A DNA stretch of 64,000 nucleotides, taken from NCBI RefSeq assembly GCF_004010195.1, contig NC_057718.1, positions 49,050,021 through 49,114,020 of the forward strand, written 5' to 3'. Positions within the stretch are counted from its first letter, which is position 1. Every line of letters begins with the position of its first letter. Under the pieces are notes generated by a model, which saw nothing but the letters and a program-made list of their open reading frames with translations, did not search any database and was not told the origin of the DNA. Source of the stretch: Chiloscyllium plagiosum. Lineage: Eukaryota. The position numbers were made by a program, and so were the translations under genes. Shown here in pieces: positions 49,711-63,960 of this stretch.

Positions 49711-52700
49711 CAAAATAAAAACAGTGTCATTGGCAAACTTAGATATACCATGACGTTCTCTGGGTCATTATTAAATATGGTGACTAGTTGACACCCTTGT
49801 ACAGATTCTAATTATTTCCTTCCAAGTAGGACTTACTTACGAAAGATTCTGCAAAATGTCAGGGAAAAAAAAGTGTTAAAAAAGGTAGGGAAACCAACAA
49901 TCTGCTGAAATGCATCAAGTAGTGTTTTCCTGTAGCATGTCTTGCAATAACACAAATTGATCTATTTTCTCCTGTAATGACACCAATTCTTCCATACTAA
50001 CTAGCTTCAAGGCAATAATTTACTGTTTCTAACATTGCACAATAAAAGTAAACAAAGGGTACTATCTACTGAACTTAACGTGAAAAATAGTGTTACTGTA
50101 GCATTTTCAAACCACCAATGCACCTAACTAATGGACAATGTGACTATACCAAGAATAAACCACTGGTCACTTGAACATGCTTCATTCTGTGGTGAGCCAT
50201 TACATCTCCTGTAAATAGTAATTCTGGTTCCTTTAACATTTATCTTCTATTCCCCCATTTAAACATTCCAATTGAACTTGCATCTAGTGAGTTCCATCTC
50301 CAGATTCAAATATTAACCTTTACCTTTCTTACAGCGCTCCCTCGGCGCAACTAAATGAACTTCAGATTAAAAAAAAAGTAACTCTGGTTCTATAACATGC
50401 AGTAAAATATCAACAGGGTTACAAATCAGTCTTGGCCCATTTGCATCTAGGACTTCATACACTCAAAGTAAGAGACTGGAGGACTTGATATTTTCTAATC
50501 AACTTGTTCAGGGATGTTGTTACACCCCTCCAGAACAGGTGAAACTTGAACTCAGGGATGCTACCATGGTACCAAGAGCCCCATCCAGACTGGATGACCA
50601 ATGGAAACTGGTTAATAGGTTTCAGGTCATTAGGCCCTTGACTTCATATTCACAAAAGGGTCTAATGGAAAATTGAAACCTTGGCCTTTGAAATAGCAAA
50701 TTAAAACTAATTTGAGAATACAGTGTGAAAGATGGCTCCATTTTGGGAGCTGCACCCACATAATTTTCCACCCCAAGCCATTGATTTCTCTCAGTGTGTT
50801 GCACAAAGATGCCTGTTACAAAGTCACCTCAGTACTTCTTCCTGAATGTCCACATGAATCATCACTCATGTCTTTAAAAAAAGGTATGCAAAAGGCAAAC
50901 AACCACCTTTTTGGAGTCAAATCCAGATTGGACTTCACTTTAAAATGGAATAAATGAAAAAACAAAACAAGTCAGGTATAAAAGGCAAGTCAAATTTGCC
51001 AAATTGAGAGAGAGTCATAAACCAGTGACACAGAAGTGCACAGGGAAAAAACAATTGGAATGGAGGAAGACTATTTATGAGGTTTAATTGTTACGATGTT
51101 CATATGGACATTATTTGATTGGGGACCTTTGGGATAGGTTCCTTTTTGTCTCCTTTCCTTTGATTTTCAGTCACAAGCTACCATCTGTAGGAATGCATTC
51201 TCCCTTCCCCTAACCTATGACTATGAAAAGGACGAGGAACTCACCACATGTTGTTCTCCCATTCAGTTATTTTCTTCACCCAAAGATAGGGTAATGCAAC
51301 ACCCCTTTTCCTTAATATGGCTCAGCTTTGGAGCACACCTCCATTTTAAAATGTTAACACATCACCATAATTTCTTCCATATCAATCTGACCGGAACTTA
51401 ACCTTTAGTTGTTCTGTTTGCTTAAGTATTTCACTATCAAAGAAAACACTATTTTGGTCCTAACCACTCACCCTGCTATTTGAGAAAAATTACTATAAAT
51501 AAACATATTTTCCTAAGCTCATGAGAAAGTGAAGGATATATTTTAGCAAATGTGGAGTGAAATAATTTAAGAATGGTTCTTTCAGTTAATAAAATAAGCT
51601 ATTCAGTAACAATGTAAATACTATCGACCAAAACCATTAAGTTTTGACCCTGTCAAAATAACCTGTGTGACAGCTTTTCTCTTGGAGGTCTTTCAAATGC
51701 TCAGGGGTTATAAACAACTGGGTTAGCTTGTGTTAATATTGAAAATTTTAAATGAAGTCCTGATACAGTGGCTGTAAATTTAAAATTTAACCAAAGATTG
51801 TTACCTCAGGTTCACATAGCTAGGACCTTGTATCATATACACACTAGCATTTAGACGTCAAAATGCAGACCTGCCTTTTGCAGAATTAAAAAAAACATAT
51901 TTTGGTCTACTAAAAGATCCATTAAGTAGATCATTTCAGACATAATCATACTGACACGAAATTCCTAGCCTAAACCAATAACAACAATGCATGATACTCC
52001 TCCATGATAATAACCTCTTCCTTACCCCCAAATGAGCTTTTAACATTTGATAGAATTAAAAAGGTAACAATAACTGCCTATAATGGGACACCTACAAAGT
52101 CCAGTTCCACCTGATGTTGAATGATGGAAGTCAGAAGTGTATATTTCCTAACACAAAAAAGTTCTCACTTTCAAGGGAGTTTGCTATTTTAACACACAGT
52201 CTGTAAGACAGTATGTTGGAAGAAGTTAAACTGCAGTGGTCTGACTTCTGCCTGGCATAGTTTTAGCTATAGTTTCTTTTTTGACAGTATTTGTGCTGAC
52301 AAATTCTAACCATTTCGGTTTGGTTTTGGGAATTTTTTTTTTAAAAAAGAACTTACTTCCCTCTCATTCATAAATGCTTCTTCCTTATCTAGGGATAGAT
52401 CTGGTTGAGAGTACTCCTATATCTAGTTGGCAGTGGATACAAACAATGACCTGAAACAGTTGGTTCTTCACCTCAAAAAAATGCTTTAAGATAAGGCCTC
52501 CCAGACCCATAACTGGAAGAAAAATGGTACAAGAATTGGAACCTCGTCCAGGCCATTGGAGTTTAGTCTGACAGCAGCTACTGGCACCATGATCTTCGCC
52601 CCACCTGAACAGCAATATTAATAAAATACTATCCCATTACACATCACCTGGTCCTACATCACTGAATACATGCCATCATTGGAGTTCCAATATTTTGAGC

Positions 52701-52989
52701 CAACGTGCGACTACTTTGTGGGATCATTCTTAATGACATGGACTGTAATGTCTCAAAAAGGCAGCCCAACACCACTTTCTCAGAACAGCTCGGGAATGGA
52801 AACAAATATCAGTTTTACCTTCTACAGTCCCAGAATAAAATCTTCCCTTAATTATTGTGGGGAAATATCTTGCTCCTCCTGATTAACTGCATAAGTGCTC
52901 AACTGAAATTAAGAACTCATTAACTAGGGAACCAGACTGCTAATGAAATGTAGCAATACACTTGGAGCTTGCAATACTATAAAGACAAT

Positions 52990-53890
52990 GGATACAGAAA
53001 CAGGTCATTGAGCATATAAAGCTTAACATGCCATTCATATGGCTGAGCTGATAACCTTCAGCTCTACCTTCCTGCTTTTCTCTCCATTATGCTCGATTCT
53101 CTTATTGATTAAAAACCTGGTCTCTCACAGCCTTGAATATTCTTAATTCGGCACTCTTGACTGCGCTGTAGAGAATTTCACAGATTCACTCTAAAGAAAT
53201 GCCTCATCTGTTTTAAAATGGGCGATCCCTTATTCCAAGATTACATCTTCTGAACCTAGACACTCCCACAGAAGGGTAAAACAACCTTTCCATGCCTACT
53301 CTGTAAAGTCTCTTAAGAACTCTGTATATTTCAACAAGGGCACCTTTCATTCTAAATTCCAATGACTATAGGCCCAAACTACTTAACCTCTCTTCAATAA
53401 TAGTCCCTCCATACCCTGAATCAACATGGTGAAGCTTCTCCGGACTGCCTTCGAAATCAGTATATCTGGAAAGTGGGATTAGAATAGTTGGGTGGTTGTT
53501 TTTATCCAATACAGAATCAATAGGCTGATGGAACTTTTTCCTATGCTGTAGAGCTTTAGGACTCTTTCCTTAGATAAATGGCCCGAAGTTGTTCACTGTA
53601 TTTCATTTGTGGTCTGGCTTGTGCCTTGCAGTTTTAGTAAGACTTCCCCATTTTTATTGTCCATTCCCTTTGAAAAAGGCCAATATTCCATTTGACTTGC
53701 CAGTACCTGCTGAACCTGTATGCTAGCTTTTTGAAACGTATGTGTAAGAACTTGCAAATCCCCATGCTGTAATTTTCTGCAGTTTTTCTCCATTTAAATA
53801 ATAACCAGCTCCTCTATTCTTCCTGCCAATGTACATAACATCATATTTTATTCCAATTATCAAGTTTTTGCTCTTTCACTTAACCTATTC
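52990..53890 (-). mobile_element. Older CR1 fragment containing a nested plus-strand CR1 tail (about 53468-53565)
   Basis: Reverse CR1 3' region, interrupted by ggaaagtgggattag...ctatgctgtagagctttaggactct. Confidence 0.7.
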
Positions 53891-54269
53891 ATTCATCAGA
53901 GATATTTCACTACTATTAATGGAATAAGCATTACATCTATTCTGCTTCCTGTATTTCTTGCTCTTTTCATTAACATTAAAAGTCGGCCTCAAAATTGGAC
54001 AGGGCCTGAAAACAATTATGAGCATCTGTGTAATTAAGCTGCACCAGTGGTTTCCCATACAGGTAACGTACAAACTTCACGCTATCTACTTAATTACAGC
54101 CACCTTTAAATATGTTGGTTAATGGCTGCAAATCTCTTGCCCGCCCCTCCAAGCTTATAGACCGCTAACATCACTTGAATCAAACTCACTATTTAAAACC
54201 ACTTTCTGACTGGAGCAATTGCTGGAACTGGTTGCCGAAGACAGCACAATCAAGCAGAAAGCTGGACAA

Positions 54270-54500
54270 CAGAGGAGGGAAGAGAGAACATGCTCCAAGC
54301 TTGTCTAATATAGAATGGGGGAGAACACCACAAGGATTGAAGAAGTGGTTCTCCAGCCGTAGGGATCCAGATAGACTGTGGGCATAAGCAAAAGGAAACA
54401 GACAGTTGTGGCAGTGAATGACAGACTGCTCCAAGCAACTGGATGCAGCGTCACAAGAAATTCAAATCGGAATGGTTAAGATTAGTGAACCTCCATTTGA
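54270..54500 (+). mobile_element. Harbinger-associated Myb/SANT-like ORF remnant
   Basis: REHAPSLSNIE and WMQRHKKFK resemble the RxPxFSxxEL and TWxQCRKKFxDL motifs of Harbinger Myb/SANT proteins. Confidence 0.5.
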
Positions 54501-56685
54501 GTTCACATCAACTGCTGTGTCTCACTGCTGTACTACCCACCTACCAATGGTACATCAGTCACGAGCCCCCACCTCTCATTCATTGCTTCATCACACCCTC
54601 TCTTTTCTGCTGCAGGCAACACACCCTCTCCAGCCAGTTCTACCCCACCCTCAATCTCTCACCTCAGTTTGTAAATAGTGCCAACTATTCTTAAGAAACA
54701 AAATATGCTATCTACATCACCCTCACTGACATCTGAACTTACAGGGCCAAGTGTTGGATAACAAGCAGCTTTATTTAAAGTTTAAAATTCACAAATCAAC
54801 ATGGCCACCTTCATTGAAGCATCCCCAGCCTAGGCCCTAGCAAATATGACAAGGCTAAAAAAAAACAAAAGTTAGCATCTATATACCTAATTCTCCTCCG
54901 CACAATTGCTTCCCCAAACCATTTTCATCCCCTCAGCAAAAGCCTCTCTGTGCCTCCCACCTTTTAAAAGTCAGAGAATGCAAGCAGGCCAGACAGTGCT
55001 GCAAGAGCAAGAAAAACCAAGATGATAGGAGAGGTCCTTCTTTCTGACACTCTCAGCCTTTAATTGTATTTAACTCCATTAGCATACTTGCAGACCCAAT
55101 CAAGATGCAGTCTCCAATGTCCAATGTGAGCTTCAAGAGCAGCACAAACAGAAACCACTCAATGTCCAGGTGCTGAGCTTGTTGCTTGGTGAAATCAGAC
55201 TAGTACCCTAATGGCTACAGATACTGGAGTTCAAAAAGGTGTGTGCAGTGTCAGAGCTGTTTGCCTCCAACAGGCTGTGGAATTAGAGTGGTTCTTTGGA
55301 GCGCCTCAGTTTAAAGATGACGGAGGTGGGGATACATTCTGCAACACAGCCTACTTCACCAATTTTAGGGTCAAGTGGTTTGTGCAGAATCCTTTATGTC
55401 AAGGATCACCCAGTAAACTTCAGATACTTTTAACTCTGGAAACCACCAAACTCTGTCTTTGCATCAAGAGCCAGTACAGAATTCAGTAAAATGATCTGAA
55501 AAGTTTGACATCCACTACAATTGCTGTGGTGGTGGGAGTCTTCCTTATTACTAAGTACATGTTTGTCTGTGCAAGATTAAGGGAGTATAGTCTGGATCAC
55601 TAGACTGAAAACAACTGACAGCTTGTATCAATTCAGGATTACCCACTGATCAATCTGCTGACTCTGCAGATTTATGGTGAAGTAGTTCTATGCACACACA
55701 CCGATGCCCTCAAAATGCCATGCACTATAGGATGTACACTATGGAGGCAAATCATACTCAGTGCTAAAAAGGAATAAACAAAATTAGGGCCATGGAGCCC
55801 AATTTCACTCTTTTTATCCAATTTAGGCTGTAATTACTTAGAGATCTCCCAATGGGAGTTCACGCTCACTTAAAAAAAAGTGTTCATTGTCCTTCACAAA
55901 ACAGTACAAACATTCGTTAACTGCATTTTGAACTATAAAATTTGACATCTCCAGGCCAAGGATCATATCTTTAAAATCTTCAATATATGGTAATTTGGAC
56001 TCATTTTCTAACTGGTTTCACCAATATATTTTGACACCTGAACAATATTTAAATGAGATATTAAAAACTCTTGACAGACTGTTTAATAGTGAAAGACATA
56101 ATTAAATCCTGAATGCTCTCTTTAATAGGAATCTATTCAAGACACCCAATCCACTGATATCACACACGGTTAGTTCATTCAGAAAAAGGTAGCAGTACAG
56201 TCCTTCATTAAAGTACCAAATGAGACTATATTTTTGAATTTCAAGAGAATTAGCTGTACCATTAGCCAAGTTATGATATCAGCATTCACTGATAGTGTGG
56301 AAAACTGCTCTGTTATGTGCTGTACATGAAAAGCAGGTCAAATCCAACCTAGTCATTTGCTGCCCTATTAATCTATTCCTCTCAAAGTGATGGAAGGGGT
56401 CACTGCCAATCCTATTAAGCAACACTTGCAAAGGAACAACCTGCTCAGTGATGCACAGCTTGAATTCAGGCAGAGTCTATTGGCTCCTGGAACTCAAAAA
56501 GAAGCCTTGATACAAACGTGGACAAAAATATGTACCTCTCGAGGCGAGATCAAAATGACAGCCCTCCAATGAACTTCTCTCCATCATGAGGGCCAAAGTG
56601 ATAATGTTTGTGAATAATTCCAAAAAGGTCAGCTCCATTTGCAACTTCACATTTTGCATACGGGCATTAGCTGTTAAATGTTACA

Positions 56686-56916
56686 GGTTAGAGTGGTGCT
56701 GGAAAAGAACAGCAGTTCAGACAGCATCCAAGGAGCAGGGGAAAAAAAAAAATCAATGTTTCGGGCAAAAGCCGTTGATCAGGGATACCCTGATGAAGGG
56801 CTTTTGCCGAAACGTCGATTTTCCTGCTCCTTGGATGCTGTCTGAATTGCTGCACTTCTCCAGCACCACTACTCCAGAATCTGGTTTCCAGCATCTGCAG
56901 ACACTGTTTTTACCAA
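56686..56916. mobile_element. PLE family A-related inverted pair
   Basis: Arms meet at atcagggataccctgat; perfect TSD gttaaatgttaca at 56673-56685 and 56917-56929. Confidence 0.88.
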
Positions 56917-57014
56917 GTTAAATGTTACATACCACTTAGCAGCCAGGCAGTGATCACCACTAATAAAGCGAGAATCTAACCATCACCCAGTGATGTCCAA
57001 TGGTATTACTGAAT

Positions 57015-57141
57015 AGGAGAAAGGTGAGGACTGCAGATGCTGGAGATCAGAGTTGAAGAATGTGGGGCTGGAAAAGCACAGCTGATCAGGCAGCATTCAA
57101 AGAGCAGGAGAATCGATGTTTCGCACACAAGCCCTTCATCA
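57015..57141 (-). mobile_element. PLE family A solo arm, degenerate core
   Basis: ggagaaaggtgaggactgcagatgctggagatc...gcccttcatca. Confidence 0.82.
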
Positions 57142-57931
57142 CGGAATACCCATCAATGCCCTGGAGGTGATTAATGACCAGAAACTGAACTAGACCAGCC
57201 ACATATTGCGCTGTGGCTATAAGTGCCAGTCAGGAACAAGGAATTCTGAGTTGAGTAATGCACCTCTTGTCTCCCTATTCCAAATCAGGAGTGGATGTAT
57301 GACCTCCCTTGTCTGGCTAACTGCAGCTTCAACACCAAACAAGTATGGCACCTTCCAAAACAAAGTACCCTGCTTGTTGGCACCCTGTTCATCACTTTTC
57401 ACATTCATTCCCTTCACCAATGGCAACAGTGTGTACCACCTACAATTTGCACTGCAGTAAGTTAGCATGGCTCCTCAAACAGAAACATCCAAACCCACAA
57501 CTTCTACCACCTAGAAAGACAAGAGTAGCAGATGCATAAATACACCATAACTCACAGGTTCTTTCCAAGTAACACTCTATCTTGAACTGGAACTGTAATT
57601 GCTATCCCTTCACCTGTTGCCAAGCCAAATTTTGGAACTTCCTAACAGTGCTTTGATGTTCCTGCCTCAAGGACCGCAGCAATTCAAGAAAATAGCTCAT
57701 CCCTTTTTCCACTGTATTAGAGACAGGCAATAAGTGCCTGCCTAACCAGTGATACCCACGTTCCACTGAACAAATAAATGCAAGGAACAAACAGGTTCAT
57801 GGCCAGTTTTCACTTACACCTGATGGCAACTGGTATGAGTAGGAGAGTTTGATGGTCAAAATAATTTGCACCCTCAGTTTCCATTGTCCTTTTAAAAGGG
57901 TAAGCAGCTTTTGACTGGCTTAATTGTTTAA

Positions 57932-58149
57932 AGCTGAAAATGTGTTGCTGGAACAGCGCAGCAGGTCAGGCAGCATCCAGGGAATAGGAGAATCGACGTT
58001 TCGGGCATAAGCCCTTCTTCATTCCTGAAGAAGGGCTTATGCCCGAAACATTGATTCTCCTGTTTCCTGGATGCTGCCTGACCTGCTGCGCTGTTCCAGC
58101 AACACGTTTTCAGCTCTGATCTCCAGCATCTGCAGACCTCACTTTCTCC
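57932..58149. mobile_element. PLE family A palindromic mini-element
   Basis: Arms of about 90 bp meeting at cttcttcattcctgaagaag; TSD cttaa(a)ttgtttaaa at 57919-57932 and 58150-58164. Confidence 0.92.
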
Positions 58150-60289
58150 CTTAAATTGTTTAAACCAAAACAAAAAGTAGCACTGAACAGACCCACTTGG
58201 TCTAGGCGTTGAGTCCTAGAGGAGTGTTCTGGAAGTCATTAAATAGAAGTTCTAAAAAAGTTAAGGAGAATTGTTGGGCAGGAGCGGCAAAGTGTGAATG
58301 CCTGTTTGTCAATGTATTCACTTCTGGCTGCACAGACCATTCTGAAGGCCGTTCCCTCCAAGGCAATGGATGGAGATTGAAGTTTTTTTGTCATCAATTG
58401 TATTTGGTACTGATGAACTGTATTTAATGTTTCTCTGATTATGCACCTACTAAGTTTCTGGTACTCACTATATTCCTTAGTATCTCCAAAACAACAATAG
58501 TTGTGTTACATCCATTAGCGCAGAATGAAAAACAAACAAGCAAACAGTCACAGGCTTGGGAGTGTGCAGTTGATTTTTGTTTAGTTTTGACAGAGCTGTA
58601 AAAGGGCTGTTATACATAAAACACAAATAAATTAGAAGCAGGAGTAGGCTTTTGGGCCCCTCGAGCTTGGTCTGCCAGTCAAAACGATCATAGCTGATTC
58701 GATTGTTCCTTCCTTTAGTAGTCAAAGCAATGTAAATTGAGGAGGTACACTACCTCATTTGATGTATAGGACCATCAGTCTTTTGGGGGGGGACATTGAC
58801 TGCAAACCATTCCCCACTTCCCGTTTTGTACCTCAAGAGAACAAGGTCTGACGCAATCTCCCTGATGTTTGTTACATTTCTAGCCATCATCCTTTTCGTG
58901 CAGATGGTCACTTCTTCCAGTACCTTTCTTTTTTTTTGTTTTAAAAAAAATGACAAAAGGGAGATTTTATAACTACAAGGCTTTCATTGTATGATTTTAC
59001 TGTCTGCGTATTCAGCAGTCTGACAGCCATATGAAATATTCTTTCCTCTGTTGAAGTTTTCTGCCCCACATTACACCCACCACCTCCCAATTTCTCACCC
59101 AAGTTCAATTGCTTAAACTGCAGCGATATTTCAAATATATTTAAATTTAAATTTGAAATTTATGGCAGTGTCTACTCCAAGACATCTTAAAAAATGCATG
59201 TCTTAAGTTTGTATTCCCAAACAAATTTTCGATAAACTAAAAAAAGTACACTGTTTTAAAACAAAATATATGATATACAGAGGAGCTGAGTTAATTGATC
59301 CTGGTGAGCTCCAAGGAATGAGGAATATAAATTCAGAACATATCATTGATTGATAATATATATGTGTAGTTAACCCAACATCTTTAACCACATAAAGATA
59401 GGTCCCTGAAGCACTTAAACATGTGACCAAATGAAAGTGGTTTTACAAATATTAAAGTTGAGAGTTCAGGCTTGTATTATAATTAATTTCGAAGCCCAGA
59501 AATAAGAATATTTCATCAACTTTGGGTTAAGCAGTCACCAATTTTTGTATACAAATAGTCAAGCTGACTCTTGGTCAGACAAAAGATATGGCATTTTCCA
59601 AAATATGCATATAATTTGCATAGGATAATTATGCTAAATTCTGTTTTTTTTTGAAAAGCAAGTTAGACATGTGCCTAGCACCACCTGTTAGGATTACATC
59701 ATTTACCACCACTTGTGGCCCTGCCTAAACAAAGTATGATCATTTGTATTGTTAGTTTTCAAGAGGTTGATATCATGCCAACTGATGTCATTGTTATTAT
59801 CTAGCTCCACAGCATTTCCATAGTAACAAGGCAGGTGGAGGGCTTCAAGTCAATGTCAGAAAGAAAAAGGAGCAAAATTACTTTGAAAGACCAAGCCCAT
59901 ATGTTCAGGGAACCACTCTCCTGTAAATAAAATTTAAGATTCACAAAAGGGGATGACAATGTCCCATTGTTTCCTTTACTGGCACTTGCAAGCCAAAGTG
60001 GGCAGTTTAATCATGCCCATCATGATTCATTACACATACTGGATTTAGTCTTCCCTTATTCGTAAATCAGCCTTAAACTGCATAACAGCTCTAAAAGACA
60101 GAATATTTCATTCTCGACCCAAATACTTTCAGTAGTTTTCCAAATATACTAATTCCATGTTACATAGAATACTTGATAAGATAATATTTCAGTCTTCACT
60201 TGGCAGAGCTGTTACTTAAATGGCATATACTTAAGATATACAGTACAAGAAACAGCAACATCAAAAACTTGGATTTTTAAAAATGTATT

Positions 60290-60600
60290 CATTCACATGA
60301 CAAGGGTGTCACTGGCTAGACTAGCATTTATTGCCTATCCCTAATTGCCCAGAGGGCAATTTAAGAGTCAACCACATTGCAGTTGATCTGAAGTCACATG
60401 TAGGCCAGACCAGGTAAGGATCCACATGGGTGTTTCCAACAGTGGCAACGGATTCACGATTATCATTAGGTTTTTAGTTATAGATTTTTGTATTGAATTC
60501 AAATTCTACCATCTGCCACAGTGGCAGTTGAAACTAGCTCCCCAGAACGTTCCAGGTCTCTGGATTAACAGTCCAGTGATAATACCACTAGACCATTGCC
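60290..60600 (-). mobile_element. Old CR1-group LINE 3'-end related fragment
   Basis: gggtgtcactggctag...gcatttattgcctatccctaattgccc is the reverse of the 3' end at 14040-14080. Confidence 0.6.
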
Positions 60601-60812
60601 TTCTTGCAATGGCCTGTTTGACAGGACAACAAATTTCTCAGTTTCTCTTTCTACCATTGGGAGCTCTGGAGCCCCCTGTGTGACTCAACATTGACAAATA
60701 TATTGTGGACTGGGAGTACGTGCAATGCTAGTAGATGGACCTAGATCTTCTAATACATCATTCAAGTTGAAGTGAAAGTGTGTGTAAGCAAAATTACAAA
60801 AAACAACCCATT

Positions 60813-61117
60813 TAGAATCCCTACAGTATAGAAACAGGCCCTATGAGTCCACACAGACTCAGACCCATTTGCTTGCCTTATTACTCTACATTTACCCTTA
60901 ACTAATGCACCTACCCAACAGATCCCTAAACATTGTGGGCAATTTTAGCATGGCCAATTCACTTAACTTGCACATCTTGGAATGTGGGAGGAAACCCATG
61001 CAGACATGGGGAGAATGTGTAAACTCCACACAGACACAGTCGCCCAAGGCTGGAATTGAACCTGGGTGGCTGGCACTATGAGGCAGGAGTGCTAACCACT
61101 GAGCCACTGTGCTGTCC
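60813..61117 (-). mobile_element. HE1-like V-SINE
   Basis: V-domain and tRNA-like head as in the other copies. Confidence 0.87.
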
Positions 61118-63369
61118 TAAATTTGTCTTGTTCATATTGTTTTCTAACCATAGAGATGATCTGAGTGACAAGGGCCATCATTTTAAAATTATAAACAAAG
61201 GAATGAAGAACAGCTAAGAGAAAACAGCTCATGTAAAGAGTTATTACAGCTTGGAGCTCTTCTTGAAGGTGTATGCAGTCTCTTTTAAGAGATGGATACA
61301 TATTGATCCAAAAAGAAAATATCTATGAGGAATTAGTCGCAAGATTGGTCAAGTAAAGAGACAGTGCATGGAAGATATGCCAAATTTCCTCTCTATTGTA
61401 AAATAGCATGGTTTTACTGTAAACATTTGGGTCCATAGACTGAAAGTCAAAAATTCGACCATCTGATAGACTGAGCTCTGAAGTCCAATTCAGGAAACTC
61501 TGAACACTTTAGGGGAATGTTTGCAGAGATCAAATTATTGCAAAAGACTGCAAAACAAAAAGTGTATCATGCTCAGAAAGCCACTGGTACATTTTCACTG
61601 CAGTAGAACTTTTAAAAATCAATTTTTATAAACGCAGTGGGTACTTGGTGATCTATAACATAAGGCTAAAAAGGCAAAAATTGTGTCAGCTAGCACTCCT
61701 TTACCAATGTAGAATATATACCAATGCGTCAAATAGTTAAGGTAGTTCATGATCCAACTACTGAGCTCAGACTAAATACAGCAAATGGTGCCATACAAGG
61801 AGTCCACAAAAAGCCAAATGTTCCAACAGTGCTTTATAAATTAATTTCAGAAATGTTTGTGCTGCATTAGCTGTCAGAGTTAGTATGTAATATATCATTA
61901 AGCAAAATGTTCATGATATCACTTTCTCAGAGCATGCCAACATGGGGGCATTAAGATCCCACTCCATCTTAACTGGATTACATCAGGAGCTGTAATAAAT
62001 ATCTGTTGAATCTTTCAGTACCATGTTACCCACATTTATTCTTATGTTACAGCAGCTAACATAAGCATTGACACATCAGTCACAAATAGCCTGGGAGGCA
62101 AAACCCTACACATCACAGATCAGTAGTGAACACTGGTTTTTCATTGACTTGGAGGATTTTTCTCACCGTGGAGCTGATGACCTTAAGTTCTGGCAGATTT
62201 GAAAAAAAAAAAAAAAATGGGTTAAAATCACACATTACCTTAACTGGAAAAGTCACATCTTTTATAAAGAGACAAACTTTTCCTCAGTTGTACACAAGAA
62301 CCATGCAAAACACTTGCCAAATATTCTCAGCACCCAGCAGTCCCTTAAAAACACACAACTTCATCAAGAACAGGTTGGTTAACCTTGGATGATTTAACTA
62401 GATTTCAAGAAGCATTACAAACTTAAAGTAAACTACTGCAACTTTTTGATGAACCTAATTACATTAGTCATAAGTTATTACTTAACGACCTTACCAAGCA
62501 ATATCTTTTGCATTGCTCAGTTAAGCCAGAGAATCTGCTGTTTTATGAAAGACAAGACATCAGTATCATGCAGTCTGATTCTAATGTGGAAGACTGCACA
62601 CCATCAAGGTTACAACAGCATTAATTCAAGAGATCAGATTATCTTTGTCATTAAATTTAAGTCCAGCATAAAAATTAACAAATAATGCAGCTCTTGAGTA
62701 TGATGCCCATATATCATGGTCAGTACATTCAAGCTGCAGTAAGTCAGCATGCTTTTAAGAGAAATGCTCATGAAAAGCCCTAGCATAGCAGGTCACCCAA
62801 CAGTATTAGTGATTATATACTCCATCTTTACTTCAATCACTGGAAGTATGACATGCTGCGAAAATGCTGCTCTATAATCTAGTAATGTACAGCAGACACA
62901 TGTCCTCGTGAATGTAATATACAATAGGTTATTGCAATAAATTCTACTGGGTTCTTTATTTACATATTCATATCCGGTTGTGAGGTATTATGTAGACATG
63001 GGTGCAGCAGGTAAAATATCCTGCTGCACTCTATAGGCCAAAATTTAATGGAGTGGAGGACCTAGCAGAAAATAGGTTACCCTTCATTGAGAAGGATGGT
63101 GGTGGTAGTGGCGATGAGACAGACAGAGACAATGATCACAGAATCTAGGAGAGATTTTTCAACACAAGTATTAAGAGATTTTTTCCGTGGAGCACAGGAA
63201 ACAATGTACTTTTCCAGGCAAAGAAATAATTGCTATTTGAGTTTCTAAATGCTTATTTTCAATAAATTTCCCATATGAGGCAGTGGAAGCTTCACAAAAT
63301 AAAACACCTTAAATTTGTGAATTGCTTATCTTAACCATCAATATAAATAAAATCAACACCATATACTTG

Positions 63370-63825
63370 GATTTGCAGTTTACTGAACTTAGTGGGAAAG
63401 CAAGTGGCAAGGATGACAGTCTGCAGAGGGATATAGAGAGGTTAAGCAAGTGAATAAGAACTTGGCAGATGGGATAGAAATATGGGAAAATGAGGTTATG
63501 CACTCGGGCAAGAAGAGGTGCTGAATATTATTTAAAATGAAGAAAGATCGCAGAAAGCTACAACACAGGAGCTGTCCTCATGCATAAATCACAAAATGCT
63601 AGCAAAACATTCAGCAGGTAATAGGGAAGGCAAATGTAACGTCTGGAATAAGTGCAAAGGAAATAGAATGTAAAAAATACAGAGGTCTTTCTAAAATTAT
63701 AAGGCATTAGTCAGACCACAGCTGGAATACTGAACAATTTGATCTTTTATGGAGGGAAGCAGAGGCACTGGGGAGTCATTGGAGTTTAGAAGAATGATAA
63801 TTAAAACATACAAGATTCATGGGGG
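63370..63825 (+). mobile_element. Older CR1 RT fragment
   Basis: ctgcagagggatatagagaggttaagcaagtg...ttggcagatggga; similar to 26480-26830. Confidence 0.7.
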
Positions 63826-63841
63826 CTACAATAATATAAAT

Positions 63842-63960
63842 AAAAACAAGGATGTGCAAATGCTGGAAATGTGAAACAAGAGAAAAAAAAATTGCTGGAG
63901 AAAAGCAGTAATCTGGCAGCATCTGTGGAGAGTTTCACATTCAGTGACCCTTCATCAGAA
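63842..63960 (-). mobile_element. PLE family D solo arm, degenerate
   Basis: tggcagcatctgtggag...gtgacccttcatcagaa. Confidence 0.7.

Larger units (their letters stand above)
56250..57770 (+). mobile_element. Old CR1-group LINE (second lineage) hosting two PLE insertions
   Basis: Encodes MMEGVTANPIKQHLQRNNLLSDAQLEFRQ; 3' end shared with 13830-14090. Confidence 0.7.

Noticed and set aside
58750..58924. Cryptic minus-strand exon
   Set aside because: The putative acceptor is preceded by poly-A rather than pyrimidines, and the peptide is unrecognisable.
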